From positions 1-35,325 of IMG/VR virus record IMGVR_UViG_3300045988_166883: a DNA stretch of 35,325 nucleotides; one strand, written 5' to 3'. The notes beneath the pieces were generated by a model. It had not been told where the DNA came from. It worked only from the letters and a program-made list of their open reading frames with translations, and made no database searches. A program made the translations under genes and the position numbers. Shown piece by piece: positions 8,505 to 18,559 of the stretch; positions within the stretch are counted from its first letter, which is position 1; each line of letters starts with the position of its first letter. The DNA comes from a virus.

Positions 8505-8901
8505 CTTCGATAACCTCCGATATCGTATCGTTCTCACTGGCACTCTGGTGTGCATATGTGTCCTTCGCAAAATCGCCCAAGATGCCAGTGTATATGATTT
8601 TCACAAGTCTCGGATAGCCTGTCTCATCGTAGGACACATTCACATTTTGGACTCCGAACCCCTTGTATCCCAATGCCTCGACAGTAGTCATAGCGTTCTC
8701 CAACGCTATCTCCACAAGCTCGTATTCCTTCAGATCGCTTCTCGTGTATATGCATACATCGATGTTTCCCCCATAGCCTTGGAACATTTTGGAAGCGACA
8801 CAAGCTGTCCTTATTGTCTTGCCTTGCTTGTTCCTATTCGCGAATCTGAATATAGGATTTCCAAAATAGTCCTTCTTTCTACTTGTCAATGTCTGCTCCA
8901 T
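8482..8901 (-). CDS. hypothetical protein (139 aa)
   Basis: ORF-track 8482..8946 trimmed to ATG 8901 (MEQTLTSRKK...) with AAGGA immediately upstream. Confidence 0.5.
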   Translation of the reverse strand: MEQTLTSRKKDYFGNPIFRFANRNKQGKTIRTACVASKMFQGYGGNIDVCIYTRSDLKEYELVEIALENAMTTVEALGYKGFGVQNVNVSYDETGYPRLVKIIYTGILGDFAKDTYAHQSASENDTISEVIEDEKKQQA

Positions 8902-9220
8902 TTTCCTTGTCCTTTCTAAATGTGATTGATGCATATTCAAACTCATGCTCTTCTATTCTACTGAACACTATGGATTCAATCTCGCTTTCATCATACCCGA
9001 GTATCAAGAATGCCTTTCCTATGACTTTTCCAATGTTTCTAACGAAAACACATCTTTGCTTTTTCAAATCATAATATTTGTATGCTGTTGTGTAATATAT
9101 CCTTATATCCACTGCACTACAGCGTACCTGTGTATGTAGACACGCAACATTATTGCTGTTGATAAGGTCTATCTCCATATATCCTTTGTCTTTATTAAGA
9201 CTTACTACTCTTGCTTTCAT
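8879..9220 (-). CDS. hypothetical protein (113 aa)
   Basis: ORF-track start 9226 is TTG; the ATG at 9220 (MKARVVSLNK...) has GAGGG 9 nt upstream. Confidence 0.5.
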   Translation of the reverse strand: MKARVVSLNKDKGYMEIDLINSNNVACLHTQVRCSAVDIRIYYTTAYKYYDLKKQRCVFVRNIGKVIGKAFLILGYDESEIESIVFSRIEEHEFEYASITFRKDKENGADIDK

Positions 9221-9275
9221 TGCCAATCCCTCGCATTAATGATTTCATAATATTCTTCTGGATAATAATTGCTGT

Positions 9276-9467
9276 TTATATTATCAATAACTTTTCCGAT
9301 GTAGGCATTAATATTGGCGAAATTGTAGCCGAATACATTTCTGTATGACATTCGGTACTGTAGAAATCCTTGGGATGATTGTTAAGGAAATCTATGTGTC
9401 TCTCCACGATCCCTTTTCTCCTCTTCAGCTCATCAATAACTTTCTTTCTCTTCTCATCGTTTTCCAT
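9276..9467 (-). CDS. hypothetical small protein (63 aa), first ORF downstream of the 9.5-kb promoter
   Basis: ATG 9467 about 30 nt downstream of a perfect -10; odd C-terminal composition. Confidence 0.35.
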   Translation of the reverse strand: MENDEKRKKVIDELKRRKGIVERHIDFLNNHPKDFYSTECHTEMYSATISPILMPTSEKLLII

Positions 9468-9496
9468 TTTTCTCTTGTGTCCTTTCCACGATTTAA

Positions 9497-9524
9497 ATTA
9501 TACATTTTTTATAAAATAAGTCAA
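9497..9524 (-). promoter_or_regulatory. sigma70-type promoter (TTGACT - 16 - TATAAT) for the small-gene operon
   Basis: Minus strand: TTGACT TATTTTATAAAAAATG TATAAT; the conserved ATTTTATAAA spacer motif occurs twice in this region. Confidence 0.55.
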
Positions 9525-9542
9525 CACGATTTTATAAAAATT

Positions 9543-9568
9543 AAAAAAATCCGCATTTTCAGCGGATT
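9543..9568 (-). terminator. intrinsic terminator ending the tail-fibre operon
   Basis: Minus strand: AATCCGC tgaaaat GCGGATT followed by TTTTTTT. Confidence 0.6.
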
Positions 9569-9707
9569 AGATGCAATACTGTCTGGGTAGCTGGCAACAA
9601 GTACTTGCTAGCCCAGTTCCAACCATACCAGCAAGCTAAGATGATAGCCAGTATCACAACAATTGATACTATTGCCGATATGATTGATATGCATATCTTT
9701 ATGAATT

Positions 9708-10160
9708 TCAACATAAGGAATACCCTAATTCTTTCTCAAGCTCGTTTATCTCGTTCCTACATTGCTTACGCTTGTCCAAGACATCTTGATACCTTGCCTT
9801 CTCGGTCTCGTAGCTTGAGTCATCCTCGAGCCTCAATTCGTTCAGTTTGGCTATCACATAGTCCGTGTCGGAGAGATATTTCTTGTCCTCGGATATTTTG
9901 TTCTTTCTGACATAGGACTTGTATTCATCGGTGGCTTGAAGTTCCAGATCGTCCTCGTATGTTATCTCGTGTGTCTTGATATCGTATCTCCACATCTTCC
10001 CATATTCACAAACGGAACACTTCATCCACTCATCGTATGTGAGAATGGCTATGTTGTATTTCGATTTTTCCTTGGATGGCTTCTCAACAAAATCATCGTA
10101 GAACGGAGTTATCTCGAGCTTGCCCGTGTCCTTCTTGAAATAAAAGTTTTTTGTTTCCAT
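9708..10160 (-). CDS. hypothetical protein (150 aa; coiled-coil C-terminus), likely tail-fibre associated
   Basis: ATG 10160; located directly downstream of the tail-fibre gene. Confidence 0.5.
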   Translation of the reverse strand: METKNFYFKKDTGKLEITPFYDDFVEKPSKEKSKYNIAILTYDEWMKCSVCEYGKMWRYDIKTHEITYEDDLELQATDEYKSYVRKNKISEDKKYLSDTDYVIAKLNELRLEDDSSYETEKARYQDVLDKRKQCRNEINELEKELGYSLC

Positions 10161-10173
10161 AATTTTAGAAGCT

Positions 10174-11391
10174 TTATGCCTTTCCTATTGCTATCCACAA
10201 TATGTTGCTTATCTCGCCTGCCGAATTGTAGTATGAGAAACTGCTCCCAGTCAGATCTGTGAGTACCTGTCCGTTTCTGTACTCGATTGCAATGCTTTTG
10301 TTCGTATTCTGCATAACCACAGTAGGATGACAGTCGAACGATTTGGGGAACGATACTGTTGTGGTCGTGTCGTTTCCCACCGATGCAGGATGACATACAC
10401 CCCAGCATATGAGAATATTTCCTATCTGGACATAGGAACTCATAGTTAATTTTGTAATCGGAGTCATATCGTATCCTGCCCCCTGCATTATCTTGAGATG
10501 GTGCAACAAGGCGGTCGGGCTGAATGCAGCAGGTATGTACATCGTACCCGTTTTGCTGTTTTGGAAAGAAAGCTCAGAACCCATATTGATTTTGTTGGGG
10601 CTTGCACTTATCTTGCACCAACCCCAAGTGATGTTTCCCGTAGCTCCGTTGGATACGCTCCATTTGTTAAGCCAGGCATTCTCGTTTCCAAAGAACGAAC
10701 GGATATATAAATAGTTTTGGCTGTCGGGGAAATATATCTGGACAAAGCTTTTGTTGTCTCCACCGCTTGTGGCTGTGACTGTACTATCATTGTAATATTG
10801 GACAATAGTTCCCCATTGGTATGCATCCGAAGGAAGTCCGAATTTGGCAACCGCACCATCGATTATATAATATCCAGACCTTCTGTTCTCAGCATCCGTA
10901 GGCTTGGATTGGATGAAATTAAATTTCTTAAAATCACCACTATCACCACCACTATCACCACTGGACTGAAAAAGCGAGAATATAGCCTTGGCTGTAGCAA
11001 GTTGCTTGTCAGTAGAGCTTGAATCTATGGAATTGACTATATTGTCCACGGGATAATCAGTGTCATCAAGTCTGCCTCTTCCTATATGCACTCCATCATC
11101 ATCGACTTGGAACATATTGAAGTCTTCTCTGGTGTCCACTGTGAATCCACAATCGCCCAATTGAACGGAATATATGCTGTCTGGTGCAAGCAACTCCCAA
11201 GCCCTTCCGTGATTGGTGTAATTGCTGATACTCCACGATAGTTTATCGCCTATATATAAGTAAGCCGCCTTTATCGTATTGAATGTCTTAGTTCCTGTGA
11301 TGCTCTGTGCCGATGAGAAATTGACATACTTGTCATCGAATTCACCTTCCGTAGGTATCTTGTATACATTGTATTTGGCTGAGTTTGCCAT
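10174..11391 (-). CDS. tail fibre / receptor-binding protein
   Basis: ORF-track 10174..11409 begins with TTG; ATG 11391 (MANSAKYNVYKIP...) has GGGAGGA upstream; N-terminal FSSAQSITGTKTF matches the conserved Q-x-I-x-G-x-K-T-F tail-fibre motif; (GDS)n repeat; Ser/Thr/Asn/Gly-rich. Confidence 0.65.
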   Translation of the reverse strand: MANSAKYNVYKIPTEGEFDDKYVNFSSAQSITGTKTFNTIKAAYLYIGDKLSWSISNYTNHGRAWELLAPDSIYSVQLGDCGFTVDTREDFNMFQVDDDGVHIGRGRLDDTDYPVDNIVNSIDSSSTDKQLATAKAIFSLFQSSGDSGGDSGDFKKFNFIQSKPTDAENRRSGYYIIDGAVAKFGLPSDAYQWGTIVQYYNDSTVTATSGGDNKSFVQIYFPDSQNYLYIRSFFGNENAWLNKWSVSNGATGNITWGWCKISASPNKINMGSELSFQNSKTGTMYIPAAFSPTALLHHLKIMQGAGYDMTPITKLTMSSYVQIGNILICWGVCHPASVGNDTTTTVSFPKSFDCHPTVVMQNTNKSIAIEYRNGQVLTDLTGSSFSYYNSAGEISNILWIAIGKA

Positions 11392-11474
11392 CTTCCTATG
11401 TCCTCCCAATATTCCCTATTATAAACCAAAAAAGAGGGATTTTAGCCCTCCTTTCCCCAATCACGCAACCTTGC

Positions 11475-11906
11475 TTATTTCAAGGATGCATTTTTAGGAT
11501 CTGCATCGTTAGCTGTCTCAAGCTTGACCTCAACAGCCCTTGCAACACTTTTGGAGTTGCTGGCATAGCCAGTGTTTACCTCCTTGGTAATCGCAACCGC
11601 AGTATCGATATCGCTCGAGATTTGCTCAGCTGTAGGTTTGTAGTTCTTAAGAGCGTTGACAGCGTTGGAAACAGCAAGAGTGGCAACTACCTTCTTCTGC
11701 TTTCCAGTGCCAGCACCAGGGAACATCTCCTCGGCGGAAGTGATTGCCTCGGTGATGGCTTTTCTATACTTGTCAGCCTCGGTAAGAGTCTCCGCAACCT
11801 TTTCCTTACCAAACTTGCTCTCGCAAATCTTGATAATCACGGAAGCGGTGACAGCCAAGATACAAATTACAGCATAAGCGACATAAGACCAGTCTCTGTA
11901 GCTCAT
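11475..11906 (-). CDS. holin-like membrane protein (single N-terminal TMD, 143 aa)
   Basis: N-terminal hydrophobic span WSYVAYAVICILAVTASVIIKI followed by a charged Ala/Lys/Glu-rich domain; sandwiched between tail-fibre genes. Confidence 0.4.
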   Translation of the reverse strand: MSYRDWSYVAYAVICILAVTASVIIKICESKFGKEKVAETLTEADKYRKAITEAITSAEEMFPGAGTGKQKKVVATLAVSNAVNALKNYKPTAEQISSDIDTAVAITKEVNTGYASNSKSVARAVEVKLETANDADPKNASLK

Positions 11907-11948
11907 AGTCGGTTATCTAACCTCCCATATATATTATAAGACTAAAAC

Positions 11949-13436
11949 TTAATCAGGCATTACATATAAGCTGGAATTGAGCTTCACATCGATTATATCG
12001 TATGCATCGTATTGATATGTGAATGACAGTCTTATCTTCAAATATGCCGATTTTGCATATAGCTTGGCATTGTCGACAGTATCGCCTGTCTCGTTTGCCA
12101 AGAAATCAGCTATGGCATTTATGCACAATTGCTCCGTGCTATATTCATTTTCCAATATGTCGAATAGATTAACTTCGGCTTGATAGGATACCTTTCCGCT
12201 TTTATTTTCATCAGCCTTAACATTGGCGGAACTCAACCTAAATACGATGCCATTGCCATTGCTGGTGGTTAATACAGTATCATTGTTTTTGTATATAATT
12301 TCCCAGCCTCCCCAATTTATAAATTGAGGGAAATGGAATCCAGCCCAATTCATTGTCTCCTCTGCTAAGAAGCCATTGGCATTTGCCCAATAATTTATCC
12401 AAACATTGAAGACATTTTTGACATTGGTAGCCAATATATCGGCATCGACTGTTGTTCCTTCTCCCGCATAGATAGTTAGTCTAGTGAATGTACCCAAAGT
12501 ATTTGTGATAAATCCTGTGAAATTCCCTGAGCCATCTAAGTCTTGGCAGTTCACGACAGCAATATCAGCCATTTCAGTCTTTACTGAACTAAGATATATC
12601 GAATCCTCATCATTAATATGTATTGCACTTCCATTGGTGTTCAATATATTTTGCTTATTTGTCTCATATGCATCGTACTTAGCAACCTTAGCACCAGTGA
12701 TGCCAGAATTAACCGCAGCCAATTGTGTTGCGGATAGATTGCCCTGCTTCTTGGCTAGCTCGGCATCGGTATATGTCTTGACCGCATGAGAAGTGGGAAC
12801 GCTGTCGGCATCGTTGGTCACGGAGCTTGCTATGGTCTTTCCGCTTGCTTTGACCTTCTTAATGCCATCGCCCAATATGATATGGTCTGCGGTAAGCGTG
12901 CCTGTGGTATTCACATAGTTGGACAAATCTATCTCGGAAGAACCCAAGTCTATCCAGGCACTGCCCTCCCATACATATTGTTCATAAGGTGCGGAAGTAC
13001 CTACCAAATATATGATTCCCTCCTCGCCAGTCGCAGGAAGTGTTGGAACAACTGTGATGGTTGCTTTCTTCAAGTTGCTCACAAGGCTGTCGACCTGTTC
13101 CTTCGTGTAGTATTCGCTCAAGCTGTTGGATACATCGGACTTCTTAGCCCAAGTGGCATTGTTTATCGATAGTATTCCACTCGTGGTTGTGAAATCCGTA
13201 GTATTCACGCTCGAGAATGGCTTGCCAGTCAAGGAACTCCAAGCCTGCACATTCGCTGTCAACACTCCAGTGCTTGAGTCTATGCTCAAGCCACTTCCTA
13301 CCTTGATACCACCTAGTGTTGTGTGGGTGGCTATGGGAAGCGTATATTTCTCGTAGTCTGATTTCTTCAAGTATCTCTTGTCGCCCAAATTCTCAGTGAG
13401 TATATTGAAGAGATAGTAGTTTGCATCATTTGCCAT
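11949..13436 (-). CDS. tail fibre protein (495 aa)
   Basis: N-terminal TLPIATHTTLGGIKVGSGLSID (fibre-type G-x-K/I-x-G repeat); Thr/Ser/Asn/Gly-rich beta-type composition; ATG 13436. Confidence 0.6.
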   Translation of the reverse strand: MANDANYYLFNILTENLGDKRYLKKSDYEKYTLPIATHTTLGGIKVGSGLSIDSSTGVLTANVQAWSSLTGKPFSSVNTTDFTTTSGILSINNATWAKKSDVSNSLSEYYTKEQVDSLVSNLKKATITVVPTLPATGEEGIIYLVGTSAPYEQYVWEGSAWIDLGSSEIDLSNYVNTTGTLTADHIILGDGIKKVKASGKTIASSVTNDADSVPTSHAVKTYTDAELAKKQGNLSATQLAAVNSGITGAKVAKYDAYETNKQNILNTNGSAIHINDEDSIYLSSVKTEMADIAVVNCQDLDGSGNFTGFITNTLGTFTRLTIYAGEGTTVDADILATNVKNVFNVWINYWANANGFLAEETMNWAGFHFPQFINWGGWEIIYKNNDTVLTTSNGNGIVFRLSSANVKADENKSGKVSYQAEVNLFDILENEYSTEQLCINAIADFLANETGDTVDNAKLYAKSAYLKIRLSFTYQYDAYDIIDVKLNSSLYVMPD

Positions 13437-13443
13437 TTTAGTT

Positions 13444-13953
13444 CTAGTTCCTTGCTGTTATCTCATCGCCATTGACCGAACTTACGACATACATCGAGTC
13501 GCCTACAAGCATAATATATCCGTTCTGCAACATTATGGTGGCATTCACGAATGTGGCGGTTGCTCCATTGAACACACGGAATCGTATGTTCCTTATATGT
13601 TCATCGCTGTCAAGCATGCTTGAAAGATTGCTTATGTCGGCTATCGCACCATCGAAATCCGCATCGAACTCCAATTCATACGGATACTTGTCTATAGCTC
13701 CTATATATCCGCACTCGCCACTGAGCTTGTGCTTGTATGCGACCTTGCCTACCGCCGACATAGCAGGCTTGCTCTTGAGTCCATCTATATCGGCTTGCAT
13801 CACAGCAATCTTATCCTTCTCGGCTTTCAGCTCGGCTATATCGTTCGTGTTCCTCTCGACATATCCTTCTATCGTATCGACTCTATCCTTGTTGGCTTTA
13901 GTCTTTATCAACTCATCTACTTTGCCCTTGGAATAAACATCTATGCTGTCCAT
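13444..13953 (-). CDS. tail-fibre-associated coiled-coil protein (169 aa)
   Basis: ORF-track 13444..13986 begins with TTG; ATG 13953 (MDSIDVYSKGKVDELIK...). Confidence 0.45.
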   Translation of the reverse strand: MDSIDVYSKGKVDELIKTKANKDRVDTIEGYVERNTNDIAELKAEKDKIAVMQADIDGLKSKPAMSAVGKVAYKHKLSGECGYIGAIDKYPYELEFDADFDGAIADISNLSSMLDSDEHIRNIRFRVFNGATATFVNATIMLQNGYIMLVGDSMYVVSSVNGDEITARN

Positions 13954-13955
13954 AC

Positions 13956-14213
13956 TCAGCCCCCATTCTTTATTCTCCAAACCCAATACTCGACTCGCCT
14001 TGACAACCAGTCCTTGTCCTTGTGCTTCTCAAGCCATCTCCTGTCTCGATTGTTCAAGCCCAAGTCTATGATTATCATGCAACGACTTTTAGCCTCTTCC
14101 GCATCGTGCGGTGTGCAGGTTGATCTGTGATAAACGCAATATGTCTGCTCTATCACTATCACGCTCTCGCATACCAGTCTGTCGATACGCTTCTGTCTGT
14201 TCCACAAACACAT
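13956..14213 (-). CDS. hypothetical small Trp/Cys/Arg-rich protein (85 aa)
   Basis: ORF-track start is TTG; ATG 14213 with GAGGA 10 nt upstream. Unusual composition, so coding status is uncertain. Confidence 0.3.
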   Translation of the reverse strand: MCLWNRQKRIDRLVCESVIVIEQTYCVYHRSTCTPHDAEEAKSRCMIIIDLGLNNRDRRWLEKHKDKDWLSRRVEYWVWRIKNGG

Positions 14214-14218
14214 ATCAA

Positions 14219-14764
14219 TCAAGTCCTCTTTATCGACACCACGCCATCTTCCTCGGTGATGTCCAATGCCTGCGCATCGTTGCTTGCAGTCTTGACCGCC
14301 TCGAGACTGTCAATCCTTGCCTCAAGCTCGGTAAGCTTGTCCATAAGGCTTTGATAGTCCGCAAAGCTCAAAGCCTTGTCCACTACCTCGTTCGTGTTGC
14401 TGTCAACGAAGAGATTGAACAACGCACCTGCCTTGTCATCGATGTTCGGTGTGAACTGCCATAGACCGCCCTTGTCCAAGCTCGAGACCTTTATATGCAA
14501 CATATTGTATGTCCTGTAGTACTTGAAGTTGGAAAGATTTCTCTCGGCGGAATAAGGGACTGTCACATCCTCCCAAGACAATGTGGTGATAAGTCCTGTC
14601 TCCTTGTCTGGTTTCCTACAAGTCACATTGTATTTGGTAGGTGAGACATCCACACCATCGAAATACATGAATATGTCATATGCCATACCCTGTCTTGCAG
14701 GATAGTCGGCTGTTATCAGCTCACGGATTATGCCAGACTTGTCATAATAAACATAACTAGCCAT
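14219..14764 (-). CDS. virion/tail structural protein (181 aa)
   Basis: ATG 14764 with SD TAGGAGGA; follows the large tail protein directly. Confidence 0.5.
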   Translation of the reverse strand: MASYVYYDKSGIIRELITADYPARQGMAYDIFMYFDGVDVSPTKYNVTCRKPDKETGLITTLSWEDVTVPYSAERNLSNFKYYRTYNMLHIKVSSLDKGGLWQFTPNIDDKAGALFNLFVDSNTNEVVDKALSFADYQSLMDKLTELEARIDSLEAVKTASNDAQALDITEEDGVVSIKRT

Positions 14765-14767
14765 ATT

Positions 14768-17700
14768 TTATCCTCCTATATGTATTATATTCACATTCTT
14801 ATTATACTTGCTTAGCCTTACATAGTAAGTGCCTTTCTTCATAGAAATCAGCGGAGCGTCTCCATAGTATATGGTGACATCCATTTTCACAGTTATCTTG
14901 TTGTCGGCAGCACTGAGTACCTCGCTATAGTTGCAAGGCGAGACCTCGAACTTATGCTGGACAGCATCCTCGTATGTGCCGGAGAACCTCGGTCTGTAGG
15001 TGTACAAGGGGTTCTCATCATCGTTGAATATCCTTGCAGTCTTGGATATGTCCTTGAACACAACGACATTGTTCGTGAGCGATCTGTATTCGACTTGCAT
15101 CGTGAAGCCCATAAGCTCGCTCTGGTCTTGGATTATGTCCGAGATGTCGAAACTCATATAGGCTATGTTTATAAGACTGCCTATACATATCTTGCTGTCG
15201 GTGATAGCTGGATATGTCTGTGCGTACTCCGCCGATGATTCGGTCTGCGAAGTCCATCCGTTGTCGCTAGGCACAGCCATAAGACCTATGTCCTGCTCGT
15301 TTGCATAATTGACCACGCTAGACTTGTCATCGTACATATACGGATGCTGTGGAAGTCCTGTGGCTCTCACAGTGGACTCTAGCATTATTCCAGGGCTGAC
15401 AGTATCCCAGTACTTGAAACTGACCACGAGTCCATAATCGTACAAATAGTGGCTAGTTGCTTGCTGAAACACGGAATAGCTGACTATCGCATCATTGTTC
15501 GAGTATGCGGTACTCTTGACTCGCCTGTAGCCCATATTCATACTTCTTACATTGTTGTTGTATAGGAACGGAGCAAATACCATTCCCGAGCATAGATAAT
15601 CGAGATTGCTGTCGCCCATCGTAGCCACACCGCCCCAATACTTCTCAGTATATCCTAGAACATCCTTTTCCTCGTAGTCCACATTCGTATATGCATCGCT
15701 TATCGTGAAATAGGAAATCCTGTTCTCGTTTCTGAAAGTCGAGCTTGAGTAGTCGACATATTGATATGCACGATACTTCGTTGTTATGGAGGTGCTGTAG
15801 TTCGCTATCACATAGTCCTTGCATAGATAGTAGGCTATGTCGATATAGTTGTTCTTGAACGAAATCATACGCTTGAACACCACCTCGCCAGTATCCACAT
15901 GGACAGCTCCCAAGTGTATGAGTTCGCTCTCTAGGTCTATCGTGTCATCTTTGGCAAAGTATCGCTTGGAAAGGATATGGACTCCGTTTCCGAGTCTGTC
16001 GAGCTTGTCCTGCTCCACCTTCTTGAAATTGCCAAAATCCACAAGTCCGTTGTCTTGGCTGTCGAGCTGTGCCAACGGATAGTCGAAACCGCCCTTCACT
16101 GTCGCAATGTTCAAATCGTTGAGTGGCTGATACGAGATGTCGAAACTGATTCTCGATGGATAGTTGTAGCTTCCGAACATATCATCAACCCATCCCCTGC
16201 TAAATATGCTCTTTTCCGCCACTGGATGCTCGTTGCCATTTCCATCCACATATTTATACGAGTAGAACCATTGAGGATATGGAAGTATGTCCTTCTCGTT
16301 GAAGATATTGTCAAAACGCTTTTGAAGGAATTCATTCTCGTAGAATGACTTGTTGACTATGTTCTCTATGGTGGTCTTGTCGACACCCCACCACCCTTGA
16401 GCTTCCGTGTACTTGTCGCTCCATCCGCTTATCTCGTTGCTTCCAAGCTTGTATTGCACAGTGGTGTAGTAATACTTCGAATACACAGCCATATTGCCTT
16501 GCCCGTTCTTGAATTCATCGGTGGTGTAGTCATACGAGAGGAGCTTTCTCTCCTGTGCGGTCTTCACGAGACTGGTTATGTCCACGCTGACCTTCCTGTA
16601 CACGATGGCTATGTCCATTTCCTTGTACATTCCATTTATTACTGTGCCATTCCCATTGTCCTCGACATATGTGTTCCACACGATATACCTGTCATCATCT
16701 GTCTTAGCGATGAAGAGATATGCGACTGTGCCATCGGGTCTGACCATTCCATTCTTGGAAATGCTGAATGTGTACATAGCTCCGCCAGCCCATTTGCTTT
16801 CGGCAGGTTGCGATATGCCTGTCTTCACGGATGATGTCTTGAATCCCTCACATCTGGAACCAGTTGTGGACGAATTGATTACTTCAAGAATCTTGAACTC
16901 CCAATTGCTGAACTTTATTCTTCGATAACTGCTACAGTAGACCTTTACAACATACTCTCTTGTACCATTGTCGTATATATGGACTGGATTAAAATCCCCC
17001 TCTGGATTCGAGTAAGGCAGTATGAAATAGTCCGCATCGGCTATGTTGTACACCTTCACGATGATGGTCGGATATGTGCTGAGATTCATATTTATCGTGA
17101 GGTTCTTCACCTTGTATATCGGATATGTGGTAAGCAACTTGAGATTCTCCTGTTGCTTAATCAAGCCTGTATCCCTGTCTCTGAATCCGACTCCACGCTC
17201 GACAACAAGGGACTTGTCATCGCCTAATACCTGGGATGCATCGGTCATAAGCGTGTTCACATAGCTGTCCGATGAATTCGAATAGGACTCGCTGTCCATA
17301 TTCTTTATCTGCTCTTCCGTGATATTCCCTTGCGATTTGTTGAAATCAATGAATCCCAACTGCTTGTTGTTTACCACTGGGATGCATCCGAACTGGCTCA
17401 TCACCGCAGTAAGTGCCTGCCTGAGCGTAGGTTTGCTCAAGGATATATCCTTCATACTCAAACTCGAGAATTTTCCCTTTACAGCCTCGGAAATGGTTAT
17501 CAAGGGTGTTTCCTCGTTGTCTCGTATCACCTTGGGGACATATGTCATCAAATCCTTTATGGTCTCGTACGCATTTCGCAGTTTGCCACCGAGTGCGTGC
17601 GTGAAGCTCCTATTGGGCAGTTGGATTTTCTCAAGCCATTTGGTCTCGCTCATAAGCTTGAGAGTGTATTCGTAGTATGTGTTGTTCCCATAGCGTTTTC

Positions 17701-17977
17701 TGAGCATGCTCACGCTGTCCACGAGCATCTCCTTCCACTTTATGTTGGTGTATGTAGGATGTTGGATAGTGCCACCTTTGACAACTTCAAGATAGATATA
17801 CACGACATCGAAGGGATTTATGTCAAGCTTGAAATCTATATGCTTTATAACCACGCTCATTGAGTCCAAAGTCTCGCTGTACTCATCGCTGTACGGGACA
17901 TTGAGGACACACTCATACTTAATAGATGAGAACTTCTCTAACGCTATCTTGATTACATTGTAGTCTATTGCACCCAT
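14768..17977 (-). CDS. large tail tip/baseplate protein (Tal-like, prophage-tail endopeptidase family), 1069 aa
   Basis: ATG 17977 with SD AGGAGGAGA; largest gene in the genome; Tyr/Asn/Ser/Asp-rich beta-type composition, not alpha-helical like a tape-measure protein; position is typical of Tal proteins. Confidence 0.55.
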   Translation of the reverse strand: MGAIDYNVIKIALEKFSSIKYECVLNVPYSDEYSETLDSMSVVIKHIDFKLDINPFDVVYIYLEVVKGGTIQHPTYTNIKWKEMLVDSVSMLRKRYGNNTYYEYTLKLMSETKWLEKIQLPNRSFTHALGGKLRNAYETIKDLMTYVPKVIRDNEETPLITISEAVKGKFSSLSMKDISLSKPTLRQALTAVMSQFGCIPVVNNKQLGFIDFNKSQGNITEEQIKNMDSESYSNSSDSYVNTLMTDASQVLGDDKSLVVERGVGFRDRDTGLIKQQENLKLLTTYPIYKVKNLTINMNLSTYPTIIVKVYNIADADYFILPYSNPEGDFNPVHIYDNGTREYVVKVYCSSYRRIKFSNWEFKILEVINSSTTGSRCEGFKTSSVKTGISQPAESKWAGGAMYTFSISKNGMVRPDGTVAYLFIAKTDDDRYIVWNTYVEDNGNGTVINGMYKEMDIAIVYRKVSVDITSLVKTAQERKLLSYDYTTDEFKNGQGNMAVYSKYYYTTVQYKLGSNEISGWSDKYTEAQGWWGVDKTTIENIVNKSFYENEFLQKRFDNIFNEKDILPYPQWFYSYKYVDGNGNEHPVAEKSIFSRGWVDDMFGSYNYPSRISFDISYQPLNDLNIATVKGGFDYPLAQLDSQDNGLVDFGNFKKVEQDKLDRLGNGVHILSKRYFAKDDTIDLESELIHLGAVHVDTGEVVFKRMISFKNNYIDIAYYLCKDYVIANYSTSITTKYRAYQYVDYSSSTFRNENRISYFTISDAYTNVDYEEKDVLGYTEKYWGGVATMGDSNLDYLCSGMVFAPFLYNNNVRSMNMGYRRVKSTAYSNNDAIVSYSVFQQATSHYLYDYGLVVSFKYWDTVSPGIMLESTVRATGLPQHPYMYDDKSSVVNYANEQDIGLMAVPSDNGWTSQTESSAEYAQTYPAITDSKICIGSLINIAYMSFDISDIIQDQSELMGFTMQVEYRSLTNNVVVFKDISKTARIFNDDENPLYTYRPRFSGTYEDAVQHKFEVSPCNYSEVLSAADNKITVKMDVTIYYGDAPLISMKKGTYYVRLSKYNKNVNIIHIGG

Positions 17978-18559
17978 TTACTTGTCTCCTCCTATAGAAC
18001 CGCTAGTGAGCGAGTATCCGCTTCTCACACGGGTCATATCCAACTCGGTGTTCTGGACATCTATCTTGAACTGCTCCTCGTTGTAGTTCTTGTATATGCT
18101 CAAGCCAGTGTCCACCACAGCCATCGCTGTCGCAATGATGCCACCGACAGAACCGCCAGTGGCAAATCCGTTGATGATTTTCATTCCAGTGGATTGTGTC
18201 CAAGAACCAAGGCTCTTGGCTATCGCTATCGTTCTCTGACCTTGGTAGTTGTCCGTAGCCTGTAATGTGCGGTTAAGCCAATAGTCGCACTCCTTCACAC
18301 CTTCATCTATTATGCCTTTGACTATGCTTGCGGAGTTGTTCCCAGAGCCATTGCTAGCCACGAGTCTCTGCAACGCCCCAAGAGGCGAACCATCGTTCCC
18401 CTCCATAGCCTCTATGCTCTCCACCTGCTCGGATGATTTGGCTTCTGGTTTCTCGGGCTGAATTATTTTGGTGCTTATGGAGGTGTACTTGAACGATTTT
18501 TCGACCTCCACGACCTTTCCAGTTATGGATACCCTTACTTCCTTACTGGACATCTTCAT
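17978..18559 (-). CDS. virion protein with glycine-zipper membrane-like segment (193 aa)
   Basis: ATG 18559, SD GGAGG; hydrophobic GFATGGSVGGIIATAMAVV segment; overlaps the upstream gene by 17 nt. Confidence 0.5.
   Translation of the reverse strand: MKMSSKEVRVSITGKVVEVEKSFKYTSISTKIIQPEKPEAKSSEQVESIEAMEGNDGSPLGALQRLVASNGSGNNSASIVKGIIDEGVKECDYWLNRTLQATDNYQGQRTIAIAKSLGSWTQSTGMKIINGFATGGSVGGIIATAMAVVDTGLSIYKNYNEEQFKIDVQNTELDMTRVRSGYSLTSGSIGGDK

Noticed and set aside
8383-8919. 178-aa plus-strand ORF overlapping two minus-strand genes.
   Set aside because: Leu/Ser/Cys-rich low-complexity translation; the minus-strand genes here have good RBSs.
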